In this document: piece after piece, positions 26,125-38,699 of the stretch
How the letters are laid out: every line of letters starts with the position of its first letter
How positions within the stretch are numbered: the stretch's first letter is position 1
Origin: Eledone cirrhosa
Taxonomy: Eukaryota
Assembly (NCBI GenBank): GCA_964016885.1
Contig: OZ024743.1
Location: forward strand, 358,732,001 to 358,796,000
DNA length: 64,000 bases
Direction of reading: 5' to 3'
Position numbers and translations under genes: made by a program
The notes under the pieces: generated by a model
Told to the model about the DNA's origin: nothing
The model's database searches: none
The model's input: the letters and a program-made list of their open reading frames with translations, nothing else

Positions 26125-27009
26125 GTAAGTATTATCAATTGGTTTTGACTGTTATGCTTTTATTGTTTCATTTTTATTTATATTTATTTGGGTTTATATT
26201 GGCAGACAGCTATGTGGTTAAGAAGTTCACTTTGGAACCATGTGGTTTTCAGTTTTGTCCTGCAGTGTGGTACTTTGGACAAGTGTCTTCTACTATAACC
26301 ACAGGACGACCAATGCCTTAGGAATGAATTTAGTAGACGGAAACTGTAAGGCAGTTAATTGTGTATGTGTATTCCAGCCATTGCAAATGTTATATAGTGA
26401 TGATTATGCCGATAGACAGCATGAGCATGAAAAGACCAATGAAAACAGTTTCCATGGTTCTGCCTATTGATTGGCTCTTTTCTTTCCTCTTTATCCTTAT
26501 GCTATTGTGCTCAACTCAATTGTAATTTACTGAGGTTATTGTGAATCTGAGTTGGATAGCTATGGTAGTGTGGAGAACACACATGTAATAAGCTGTTTAG
26601 TGAAACTAAGTAGGAATCCTGCTTGGTAGAAGAAGTGCTAGAGTATTCTGACTGTAAAATGTTGATTTAACAACCTTCTTAACTATCTAAACCAGAGCTT
26701 TCCAAATCACATTGACGAAACAGTTTTTAGAAATTTAATTTTCTATAACACATTGTGTTAACAAAACAAAATTTACCAAATGAATAAATACTTCATCATA
26801 TATGTCTAATTGTATTTTGTTGTCAGATCTAAAAAATATACTTCACAGCCAAGTATTTGTAAGATTTTATATTTTACTTATTGGCAACACAGTTTGGAAG
26901 CCTCTTATCTAAATAAATAAAATATATAAATGTGATGCTTGTAAAATTCTTTAATGTGTTTATTGAATTCATTTAGAATACACATCTATATTTTTCACAT
27001 TACTTATAG

Positions 27010-27108
27010 TACTGCCACAGATGTGAAACTGAAGGAAGAAGGATTCCCAGCAAGTGACTTCAGTCTCGTGCAAGGTTTCCTTGAAGTTCAGTGGGACAGA
27101 ATTGCACC
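27010..27108 (+). CDS. SSR2: SSR2 coding exon 2
   Basis: TAG acceptor. Encodes TATDVKLKEEGFPASDFSLVQGFLEVQWDRIAP and ends at the U12-type donor GTATCCTTT. Confidence 0.95.
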
Positions 27109-27756
27109 GTATCCTTTTTTCAATAATGTATATGGACTAAACCTGATAGAGCTGACATGTTTTTGTATTGTTATATTCTGTTGAGTGAAACCTATTCCTC
27201 ACTGCTTATGTTTAAATCAAAAATCTCTCTATTTTTTTGTATTTTTGTATGTGATAGATTGTTCTAGAGATTAGGATATTTGAATGGCATGGTGCCACAA
27301 TAAAATGCACCCAGCACTCTCTGTAAAACAGTTAGCAGCCAGCTGTAGAAAGCATGCCAAAAATGGAATGTTTTAGGAGGGTAGTAACTCCAAATAAGAA
27401 CCTACTTGGACTGTGACAGCCTGTCCAACCCATGCCAGCACGGAGAGCAGATGCCAAATGATGTTAAAATCTCATGGAAATATCTAAGTATTGTAAGTTA
27501 TTGAAGATTACAAGAAGTGTAGTGATTTCTCTGATAACATAGGGCAACACAGTTTTTGCTGGGTTTTTTTCCTATCAAATTTTGTTCTACAACATACCTT
27601 CATTGTATTAAACATTATAAAAATGAACCTGATTAGAGTAATTATTGTAATCAAGCACTATCTATTATATACAATATATAGTTATTAATGGTTTATCTCA
27701 CAGCTTTGTTAAATACAAGATACTTTGCTGTGTTTATTTATAACTAGGTGATATAT

Positions 27757-28450
27757 CATCATCATCATCATCAATATCGTTTAATGTCTATCTTCCACGC
27801 TAGCATGGGTTAGACAGGAAGTGTCCTATTTGAGGCAAGATTGGTTGGGTGACCGTGTCTCGCTTGTATAGGACTATCTGGCAGGTTTTCTACGGCTGGA
27901 TGCCCTTCCTAACACCAACCACATTCACATTGTGGACTGGGAGCTTTTTACCGTGTTACCTACACGACCACATTTCAACGTGGACTGTATTTTTTTTTTG
28001 TCGTGACACCTACACCATCCCATTAGTTTGGACTGGATGTTGTACCAATGTACCTCCATAGAGAAAGGGTGGTGTTGGCGGGAGTGGAAGGATGGAGTAG
28101 TGGGTTGTGGTGTATGTTTGGCTTGGAGGGGCCCACTGACTGCAGGTTAACCCTCTATGTAGGGAAGGTGGGTCCCCTGTATTACCACGTGGCGTCAAAG
28201 ATCTCGATCCAGTGACATTGTCTTAGAGAGGTGTAAGTGTTCAAGGTTATCAAGTTGTCCCAGGTTTTTCTGGGTCTACCTACTCCGTAATTTCCATCAA
28301 CCCCGATTGCCCCGCAATTTTTTACACAGCCGTCGTCTTTCATGTGTATCACGTGACCATACCAACATAATCTTCTCTCAAGTAAACAGCATCTGATCCC
28401 TCTTATTCCTAATTTCTCACTTGGTTCATTTATGTTTAGCCGTTCGTGTA
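27757..28450 (-). mobile_element. RTE LINE 3' end inside the U12 intron
   Basis: (CAT)n tail on the plus strand, the shared RTE 3' UTR, and a decayed ERRLCWYGHV...GRPRKTW segment. Confidence 0.8.
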
Positions 28451-28910
28451 TATTACTATTTACACATCCAACAATGAACTTTGGAGTCAGTTATGATTCT
28501 CAAGACTTTGATTACCAAGTATCATTAGTTCCATTCCTACCATAGCTTTTATTAATCTACTGACAACTTGTAACACTTATTCACCATCTATTTCTCTTGT
28601 GTACATTCGGCTAACACAGTTGTTCCCCTTGGTTAATTACTCTATTAAAACTGCTTTAATTGAAAAGATGTGAAATCTATTTGGCTGGTGTGCTCACTTG
28701 ATCTATAGGTGATCAAGTGAGCACACCAGCCAAATAGATTTCATTCTTATCAGAAAACGAGATAGAGTGATTATAGTAAACACAAAGTCACTCATGGGTG
28801 AGGAATGCTCCTTCCAACATAGTAGTCAGTGACCTACTAATTAGGGCTAGATGTACTCGGAAACATAGGGCAATCTGGAGAAGGAAGTTCAGGGAGTCCT
28901 CAGCTTGTAA

Positions 28911-29815
28911 CATCATCAACATCATCATCATCATCATTTTACGTCCGCTTTTCCCAGCTTGCAAGGGTGGGACGGGTCTTATTCAGCACAGCATCTCTCC
29001 ACTCGTCACGGTCCTTCGTCATCTCTACCGTGAGCTTTAATGATCTGAGGTCTGTTCTCACCACCTCCGCCCATGTTTTTCGTAGTCTACCTCTACCACG
29101 TCTTCCTTCAACTGGCATTTCCTGGCACTTCTTCACCCATCGGTCATCCTCCATGCGCATCGCATGTCCATACCACCTCAGTCTCCTCTCCCGTACACTA
29201 CATTCTATCCCTCTCAGACACAGTTTCTCTCTCAACACATTTATGCTGGGTCGTTCACGCACATTTACACTGCACATCCAACGGAGCATGCTTGCCTCAT
29301 TTCTCTCCAGCTGTCGCATATCCTCTGCAGTTGCTGCCCATGTCTCACTACCATGCAGCATCACGCTCCTCACACAGGCATCATACAACCGGCCTTTCGT
29401 ACGCAGGGAGAAACCCTTCTTCGTCAACAGAGGAAGCAGCTCCCTAAACTTCTTCCAACCCGTCCTTATTCTAGATACTATGGCCTCGGAACACCCTCCT
29501 CCCATGCTAATCTGATCTCCTAGGTACCGGAAGCTATCCACTACTTCTATAGCGCCCTCCTGCATTTGAAAAATGTGTCTATCAATGCGACTTCTACTGT
29601 CTAATTTCCCTGTACATCTACTGCATACATATTTCTCCCTACCTGTTAGTTTGCCTGCTATCCCACTACATCTCTTGTGTACCCAGGATCTGCATTGTGT
29701 GCATTTTATAGAATTTATGCCTGTTCCTTTTCTGCATATCGAATATGGCCATTTCCCTGACGGAATCAGGGTTTTGTCCTCTTTTCTACTCATCAACACT
29801 TTTGTCTTAGCAGAT
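28911..29815 (-). mobile_element. RTE LINE 3' fragment with an open 286-aa frame, inside the U12 intron
   Basis: ORF 28939-29799: zinc finger, then VVDSFRYLG, MLHGSETWA and RRLRWYGHAMRM. Very short 3' UTR and (GAT)n tail, so a distinct subfamily. Confidence 0.92.
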
Positions 29816-30224
29816 TTAGGAATATCTTACTTGACCCTTTTGACGATAAGGAAGAAAAAATAGCGACAGGAGCAGTGGGAGTTCCTGAAAAATAATCTAC
29901 TGAAAGCCACAGATGAGGTATGTGGCTAGAGCAGAGGGACAGGGAGTAAGGGAGTGACTTGGTGGTGGAATCATATAATGGATGAGTCAATTAAAGCTAA
30001 GAGACAGGCTTGGAAAAAAATGGTCAAATTAGGGTAGCAGAGAACCTTACCAAGTGGCCAGGAAAGAGGCAAGGTAACTAGTATACTTTGCAAGGAGGAT
30101 AATCATACACACTCACACACTGCAGGGAAAAATAGCCTTAAAATGCTTGAAGTATTTTATATTAGTCTTTGTTTGTATATATTTTTGCCTTTTCTGTTTG
30201 GTTTTTATCCTTAATAATTGTCAG

Positions 30225-30336
30225 TAAAAGCAATGTTACACATGCGGTTGTTATGAAACCCCTAAAATTTGGTTTTTTCAATTTTACTGCTGCTCAACTG
30301 ACATATCTTCCAAAAGATGATGCAGAAGAAAGAACA
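30225..30336 (+). CDS. SSR2: SSR2 coding exon 3
   Basis: Encodes KSNVTHAVVMKPLKFGFFNFTAAQLTYLPKDDAEERT, with N-glycosylation sequons NVT and NFT. GTACGT donor at 30337. Confidence 0.93.
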
Positions 30337-31165
30337 GTACGTATACTTTCTGTAGAAATTTAACATAACCCTTTCCCCTCATAAATGATATATTTTCACA
30401 CACCATTGCACAGCTGTTTTGATGCCAAACAGACTGAAACTTTGCTTCTCTGATACAAAGCTATTTATTTCAAGGTGTTTTTTTTAAATTTATCTAAAAA
30501 CCTTCCATCATTATTTTATGTTAGAATCATTAAAGTATTTAAGATTTGTTCAAGCTCTCTGCACTCTGAGTTCAAATTGAACCAAGGTCAACTTTGCCTT
30601 TTACCATTTTGAGATCAATAAAGTATCAGTTCAAAGTGTGGATTGGTGGAATTATTAGTGTCAAACATGATGCCTTGTGGTGTCTCTTTTGGCTCTCTGC
30701 ATTCAGATTTCGCCTGTAATGACAATAATGCCATGCTGTATTGGTTCCTGCTTTTCCCTTGGACAATATTAGTTGGTGACTGATGGTCTTCCACACAAAA
30801 CAAAACAAAACCCAAAAAACTCTTGCTTAGACTTTTACCTTAGAGAGGAAGTTTCCAGGTGTAAACCAATGATCAGCCATGACTGAAAGGGACTTATAAT
30901 ATAAGAAAACTTCTGATTGAAGAGCATTTCATTTATTTTTTCTTTTGCTTTGTAAAAACAAAAGATATTAAAACAGTTAAAATATAATTTTGTTACTTTG
31001 AGAAATGTTACTAAAAAATGCCATGAAAGCAGCATGTGACTTAAGTTTCTGAACCATCTTCTGAACTCAAAATATTAAATAATGATGTTGAAATTTCAGT
31101 TTCTATATTTGTTGAAGGAAATATGTTCATTATTACCACAAACTAACGTAACTCTTTGCTTGTAG

Positions 31166-31243
31166 ATTGGTTACACCAGTGCCCCAGGAGAAGGTGGAAT
31201 TATAAATCAAAAAGAATTTGAAAGAAGATTCTCACCGCATGTG
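31166..31243 (+). CDS. SSR2: SSR2 coding exon 4
   Basis: Branch ACTAAC near 31142 and TAG acceptor. Encodes [32 protein letters not shown] donor. Too short for the ORF track. Confidence 0.95.
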
Positions 31244-31990
31244 GTAAGTTTAATTGCATTATATTTCTTGAGTCTGTAATAGGTGCAGACATGGCTGTGT
31301 AGTTAAAAGGTTTGGTTTGCAACTACTTCACCTTGGGTTCTATTTCACTGTGTGGCACCATGGGCTGATCTTGTGAGTTTAATAGACAAAATCATTTAGA
31401 AAGCCTTTCCTGTATGTGTTTGTCTCTTCTCTTCCATTCACACTTGACATTGTTAGAAGTGATATGTATTTATGTTTCATGTAAACAAATCCCATTGGGC
31501 AATGGTTAGACATGCTAAAAGTACGTTACGGTTGGCATCAAGAAATTCTCAAAAATGTCTTGTCCTACTCATGCCAGAATGGATAAACATGTACAAACTG
31601 ATGTTAATGACACTCAGGATTGGTTGCTCTAGGAAAATTTTACATGCTGATAAACTGGATTGCATAGAATCTGATAAGGAGCTAACTAGAAAAGGTTCTA
31701 AACCTAGAAAAATGGGCTTGAAGGTCAACATAGCAAAGACCAATACTCTTAATTAGTAGCAGTTCCACACTGTAAATGTAGTTGGTGTTAGGAAGGGCAT
31801 CCAGCTGTAAAATACCGGGCCAAATTTACAGTCCTTGTCGGAGCAAGGCACGGCCTGGTCAACTCTGGCCAGACTTGCCTTCCAGCATGGGCGACCTGTC
31901 TAACCCATGCAAACATGGAAAAATGGACGCTAAACGGTGAAGATGATGATGAACAGAACATCCTGGTGTTATCTGGGAAGTGAGCTTTTT

Positions 31991-33827
31991 CATCATCATC
32001 ATCATCATCATCATCAACGTTTAACGTCCGTGTTCCACGCTTGCATGGGTTTGGACGGGGGTAGTCCCACTTGAGGCAAGAGTGATTGTCTTGCTCGCAT
32101 AGGACTGTCTGGCAGGTTTTCTACAGTTGGATGCCCTTCCTAACACCAACCACATTTACAGTGTGGGTCTGGGAGGTTTTTACCGTGTTGCCTACACGGC
32201 CACATTACAGCGTGGACTGTGTGTTTTTTTGTCGTGACACCTACACGATCTCATTTGTTTCGGCCTGGATGGCGCGGCACCAACATAACTTTACATAGAA
32301 CGGGGTGGTGTGGATGGGGTGGGGGTGGTGGTGGTGGGACGGGGTGTATTTTGTTAGAGATGCCTACTGGCTGGAGTAGGTTTTACTATATATTTAGGTA
32401 AGGCGGGTCTTCTCTGTTACTGAGTACCGCCAAAGGTCTCGGTCCAGTGACATTGTCTTGGAGAGGTGTAAGTGTGTGATGTCGGAGTTTATCAGCTCGT
32501 CCCAGGTTTTTCTAGGTCTGCCTATTCCGTGACTACCGTCTATCTTTATTGCCCTGCACTTTGTTATACAGCTATCGACTTTCATGCGCATCACGTGTCC
32601 ATACCAACGTAGCCTTCTCTCGAGTAAACAACATCTGATCCCTCTTATCTCTAATTTTTTCCTTAGTTCGTTTATGCTTTGCCGTTCACGTATATTACTG
32701 TTACACATCCAGCGGAGCATGCAAGCTTCGTTCCTCTCTAGTCTGCGTATATCCTCTGCACACAATGCCCAGGTCTCACTGCCATGCAGCATTGCTGTTC
32801 GTATGCAGGCATCGTACAACCTGCCTTTCATTTTTAGGGAGAACCCTTTAGCAGCTAATAGTGGTATAAGCTCTCTGAACTTTTTCCAACCAGTTCTGAC
32901 TCTAGCTACAGTACTTTCAGAGCACCCTCCCCCACTGCTGATTTTATCGCCCAGGTAACGGAAGCTGTCCACTATTTCTATAGAACTCTCTGCGCAATTG
33001 AAAGAGCTAGTATTTTGTGGGCACTTGCTGCTACTTATTGCACCAGAACACCGGCCACATGTAAAATCTATGTTCTTAGTTAGCTTACCTGTGATCCCAC
33101 TACATCTTTTATGCACCCATACTTTGCATTTAGGACATAAAATGGAGTTTCTACCTACGCCTTTCCTACATACCGAGCACGACCATTTCCCAGAAGGGAT
33201 CGCCGCCTTATTTTCTTTCCTACAAACTAGAACTTTGGTCTTAGCCAGGTTAATTTTAAGTCCTTTTGACTCTAGGCTGTGCTTCCATGTTTGGAATTTC
33301 TTCTCTAGCTCGGCCATTGATTCCGCTATGAGTGTCAGGTCGTCTGCGTATAGGAGTTCCCATGGGCAGCCTGTCTTGAACTCCTCTGTTATAGCCTGAA
33401 GGGCAATAATAAATAGTAGGGGGCTGAGAACAGAGCCCTGATGGACGCCAACTTTTACGCTAAACTCTTCACTATATTCGTTGTTAATTCTAACCTTGCT
33501 GACTGTTTCTTTATACATGGCTTGTATAGCCTTCACAAGCCAATTCGTCAACGCCTAGTTTTCTAAGAGCCCACCAGATAATGGAGCGGGGGACTCTGTC
33601 GAAGGCTTTCTCCAAGTCGACAAAAGCTAAGTAGAGGGGTTTACCTTTAGCTAGGTACTTCTCCTGTAGTTGTCGTACTATGAAAAGAGCGTCTGTGGTA
33701 CTTTTGCCTGACACAAACCCGAACTGCATTTCATCTAGGTCAATTCTCTCTCTGATTAGTTGCGCTATTACTTTTTCCGTGACCTTCATGACCTGGTCGA
33801 TTAATTTAATGCCTCTATAGTTTCTCC
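31991..33827 (-). mobile_element. Young RTE LINE, 5'-truncated at NYRGIKL, one frameshift near 33545
   Basis: RT motifs QFGF, FVDLEKAFDRVP, GVHQGSVLSPLLF and LLYADDL; PHD-like finger; (GAT)n tail. Lies in the last SSR2 intron, antisense. Confidence 0.95.
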
Positions 33828-35018
33828 AATATGTACAAAAAGACAACAACAAGCAGGCTGATTGAACCATGGTTTTCAGATTTGATAAATACACAGGAAT
33901 TGTTAGCAGTAGAGAAATCCATGAAATTAAGTTCATAACTTGTTAAGCAGGCTCACTAGATGTACATGATGTTTTCTCTCATTTAAGTAATCTAATTAGT
34001 AGTGGAGGTAAGATGTAGCATTAGGAAAGAGTGGACAAAATTTAGGGATTTGTTTTTCTGTTAATCAACAGAGAAACAAATTTATTTTAAATGAAGACTG
34101 AATGATCCATAATAAGAATCATGAGATGCAGGGTAGTAGGACATATTTGTGAAAGCTGGAGTGGATAAAAATGGGACGTGCATTATTTACTGGCTATATA
34201 TTTTAAACATGCATGAAAAGCATAGCACTAATTAGCTTAGCGAGAGAAGTTGGGCATTATGGTGGATTGGCAGTATCAGTAGAGAGTCAGACACCATGCT
34301 TTCCAGCATAGTTACGTCCCTTTACGGACTGAGTTCAAATGCCGCCGAGGTTAACTTTGCCTTTCATCCTTATGGGGTCGATAAAATAAAGTACTAGTAA
34401 TGTACTGAGTAATTGCTGACCTTGTGCCAAAAATAGAAACAATTATAAATAAGTAGCAACTAAAATGTACAAGGGGGGCGACTCTGCCAATACGACTATA
34501 TGATATAAGTGGAGAAGTGGTATTGGCTAAAAAATGGTTATTGTTTTGTTTGGTGTATAACAAGGAAAAGCTCTGAAAAAGTAATGAAGCCAGGTCTAAT
34601 TAATTGGTGTGTTAGGGTTGATTGAAAAGTGTTGTTATTTGAGCTTTCTTATTAATATCAAAACTAATATCTATGTTGGGCATATGACAAGTAGACATAG
34701 CTGTTGAGACCACATACCTTTATTTTATGGGAAAACTTTCTGTTTAGCTCAATGTCAGCTCTGACGGAGCAGATAAAAAATATTCCAGCCATAACCATCC
34801 CAACGTTTTTGGACTACATTATCAAATGTGTCCTTTTCTTTTGTAAGTCAGTGGGGTGAGATTTGAAGGAGGTTTGACTGCTATTTCTAGCAAGTCATAG
34901 TACCACATAGGGTCTCCCTCGTTTATCATATTGAGAGACGTGTAGAAACATACAGGTTAGTATATTGCTGTATATAATGTCTGTTCTGATAATTGTAAAG
35001 TATTTCCTTATCTTTCAG

Positions 35019-35129
35019 CTCGATTGGTTGATATTTGCTATAATGACCTTGCCTTCTCTTGGAATCCCATACATGCTTTGGTACCGCAGCAAAAGGAAAT
35101 ACGACAATGTACGACCAAAACGAAACTAA
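35019..35129 (+). CDS. SSR2: SSR2 coding exon 5 (TM helix, basic tail, stop)
   Basis: TTTCAG acceptor. Encodes [36 protein letters not shown]. Total CDS is 582 nt, 193 aa. Confidence 0.95.
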   Translation, partial: LDWLIFAIMTLPSLGIPYMLWYRSKRKYDNVRPKRN

Positions 35130-35197
35130 TATTGTTGTAATTTAATAGAAAATATATAAAATAACTTTTTTTTACAATTTTCTCTTGTTTTATTTTA

Positions 35198-35203
35198 AAT
35201 AAA
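35198..35203 (+). terminator. Candidate SSR2 polyadenylation signal
   Basis: AATAAA about 70 nt after the stop codon, just before repeat-derived sequence. Confidence 0.5.
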
Positions 35204-36099
35204 AAGACAAAAAATAGTTGCTAGTGCCACAATAAAATGCACCCAGTCCACTCTGTAAGTGGTAGTGCTGATGCCATGATAATGCACCCAGTACATTTAG
35301 TAAGCAGTTGGCATACAGCCATAGAAACTATGCAAAAATGGAATGTATGAGTGAGATGAGGTTTTCCAACCTGTTCCATCTCAAACTGAAAATCCATGCC
35401 AGTATAGAAAGTGGATATAAAATGATATTTTATAGGTTTGTGCTATAGCACAAAGGACAAAGTGTGTCATAGATGCTCTGGTGATATGTGAATGGATGTT
35501 GTATGCTTCAACTTTTTCTTCTAACATCTGTCATCCATTTGTATTACATATCCACACTGTATAACTGGCTCTTTTGCATACATCATAATAGAGCTTCTAT
35601 GAGGTCATTCAATCTGCTAGAAATAGCAACCAGATCTCCCTCAAATCACACAACACAACTTTAGAAAAAGTCTGATTGGATAAGTCCTAGGTTCCTTGCA
35701 TTTAACCCTTTAGCATTCACATTACTCTATATTTACTATCATATTTTAATGGTAAAGGCTTTATCTCATAATATCTCACATATTAAATCTATGAGATTTT
35801 GATATTATTTATTTTGAGAATAATACCTTAACATCTGTATGAGTGGCCAGTTACAGCCGGTTTGAACAGAAAGAGGTGGGATTAAGAGAAAGACAAAATA
35901 GTCATGACTGGAATAACTTTGATTATAGGTCTGTTCAATCACAACTGACCTGGGGCTAAGCAAAAACAGCAGCTGCTTTGAATGACCAGTTGCTTTACCA
36001 GTTCACATTTGTGTGGTATTTTCCCTAAATTTATATTACTTATTCAGTGGACCATGCTTGTTACACATTCTTCAAATCAATAGAGTTCCTCTATTCCTC

Positions 36100-38470
36100 A
36101 TCTATGTTTCATTAACATTGGTAGCGTGGAAGATTGACATTAAACGATGATGATGATGATGATTATACTGGATTTGTTTGCTTGTGGTATCACCACTCCC
36201 ACTGTTTTCCTGGTATCATCACTATTAGTGTGGGGTAGGTGCCAGGGATATATAAGCAGGTGAGGGAGATCCAGTATGGGGCATGGGTAGGGAGGCTAGG
36301 CGAGTGGAATAATTAGTGAAGAGGAAGGGAGATATAGGAGGTAATCAAAGCATTGTTACATCCTGTTTTTTGCAGCCATCTTCCTTATGCTTGCGGAGTC
36401 AGGGATGTCAGTGGTGGTGTGGGTGAGATCAAGTGTGCAAGGGGAGAAGAATAGGTGAGGGGGTGATTAGATATGGCAGCCTAAGTGTTGTTACATTTTT
36501 CCCCCTTTCATCTAGCTCATGTAGGGATGCAAGTCTTCTGTAATATAGTATATCAGCAGCTGTATCAATCTTGTGTCATCTCCCCATTAACACTTCATCC
36601 CATGTTTTCCTAGGGCTTCCTCTTCTACAGGTTCCCCTGACTTTGAGTGCCCTGTACTTCTTTATGCAGCTCTCTTCCTTCATACATATTACACGGCCAT
36701 ATCTTCTCTCTTGTATACTAGATCCAATCCTTATACCCAATTTTTTTCTCAGCCCATTAATGCTTTGCCATTCTTACACACTACTATTTCACATCCATCA
36801 AAGCATGTTCACCTCATTTCTTTCTATTCTTTAAAACTCCTCTGCATTCAGTACCCAAGTCTTTCTTCTATGCAGTATTGCAGTTCATACACAGGCACCA
36901 TACAATCTGCCTTTCACTCTGAGCTCTCCCACAGTGCTGGTGCCATGACAAAAAGTATCCAGTTCACCCTGTACAGTGGATAATACTGATGCCACAACAA
37001 AAAGCACCCAGGAAGGTGAAATAATAAAAAGCTCCTAGTCTACCCTGCAAAGTGGTAATGCTGGTACCACAAAACAAAAAAAAAAGCATCCACTACACTC
37101 TGTTAGGTGGTGGTTCTGGTACCATGATGAAAAGTACCCAGTCCACCCTGTAAAGTGGTGCCATGAAAAAAGTTCCCGGTACGCACTGTAACATGGAAGG
37201 GCATCCAGCTGTAGAAATCAGGCCAAACAGATTTGTATGAGCAAAACATCGCCTGACCTGGGCAGTTCATGGAAAAAAGATATTAAAAGATGATGATGAT
37301 GGTGTACTCTGTCAAAAACTTTCTCCAATCAACAAATGCTAGGAAGAGTGGCTTGCTCTTATCTAAGTACTTTTCCTTCAGCTGTCTCATTAGGAAGATG
37401 GCATTGGTAGTACTTTTTCGAAGGACAAAGCCAAACTGCATTTCATCCTTGTTAATTTTATTTCTAATCAGTTGTTTTAAAACTCTTTCAGTGAAATTCA
37501 TAACCTGGTCTATCAGCTTATTGCTTGTATATTTACTTATCCTATGTGACTCTTTTGCCCTTGTAGCAGTTGACAATCATGCTACTATGCCAGTCATTAG
37601 GTAAGACTCCATCTTGTAATACCTGTTTTACTATCTGTGTGACAAGCCTGTGGCCTACCATTCCTGATGCTTTTAGCATCTCTGTGACTATCCCTTATGG
37701 TCCAGCTGTCTTGTCCATCTTCAAATCCTTGATTGCTTTACCTACCATACTGCTACTAACCCAGATGGCCGGTCCCTCAGTTGGTTCTACTTAGGGTATC
37801 TCCTCTTTCCCCCATGCTTTTTCTTCATTCAACAGTCTCTCATATTGGTACTTCCTGGCTTCTTTCTTTTCTTCATAAGTGACGGCAAGTTTACCTTTGT
37901 CATTCAGTATACACTTCTCTTCAACAATGTCTTGATTTTCCTTAGCACACTACCTTTCAATCCAGGACACCTTATGTCTTTAGTTGTCACTGCTTTAGAT
38001 ACAAGGAAATATTTTACTTTCTGCATCCCTTCTGGTTAGGTGCACCTGCTGTCAAGCTACTCTCTGCTTCTTGGTATAGCTCCCTGTTTTCCCCAATTTC
38101 CCACTCTTTCCATGCCCTTTTCTTACCTTGAATTGCCTCATCTTCTCTACTCTTCCAACACCATGTTATCCTCTGTCTTCTTGCACCAACCATAGAACTT
38201 GTCTGTAGCCTTTAGTAAATTGTGTGGTAGTACTTGCAGGTACCCACACTTCTCTACATTGTAGGTTTCTATCTCCTTTTTCTTGCTGTGATAGGCATCA
38301 AGCAGTTCTTCCCTGAATTTGTCCCTATAGCTGAGGAATCTTTTAGTTTCCATGTCTTTCTCCTCCAGATTGTCTTCTGATTTTGACTCAGTCTGGTTCT
38401 GATTTTAAGGTTGCTAACTACTAGGTTGTATTGGGTGGTACATTTTTGTCAGGAGTTGTCTTTATATTTA
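36100..38470 (-). mobile_element. Fragmented old RTE LINE interrupted by a plus-strand RTE-tail-derived repeat (36930-37300)
   Basis: QFGFVLRKSTTNAIFLMRQLKEKYL...AFVD at 37283-37576. Upstream ORF remnants extend to about 38470 and 3' remnants lie at 36560-36920. Confidence 0.75.
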
Positions 38471-38699
38471 TGACCTCATATATAGGTCTAACCCATGCAA
38501 GCATGAAAATTAGCTGTGGAATGTTTCTGACATACCCTTGCAACATGAAAATCTGACATTAAATGATTATATATATATATATATATCATCATCATCATCG
38601 TTTTGTTGGAGTCCAACTGTTATAAAAATGAAACCAAATTCATTTTCATTGTTATTATTCATTTGCTTTGTTGATTTTATGTGTCTGGAACCAAAACAT

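Larger units (their letters stand above)
27109..30224 (+). other. SSR2: U12-type (minor spliceosome) GT-AG intron of SSR2, 3116 bp
   Basis: 5' splice site GTATCCTTT. Branch site TCCTTAAT at 30208-30215, about 10 nt before CAG, with no polypyrimidine tract between them. Joining the exons restores the frame (CC|T = Pro). Confidence 0.93.

Noticed and set aside
36930-37200. CRISPR-like periodic repeat
   Set aside because: The units are diverged tandem copies with no unique spacers. They are part of the RTE 3' UTR in eukaryotic DNA, and there are no cas genes.
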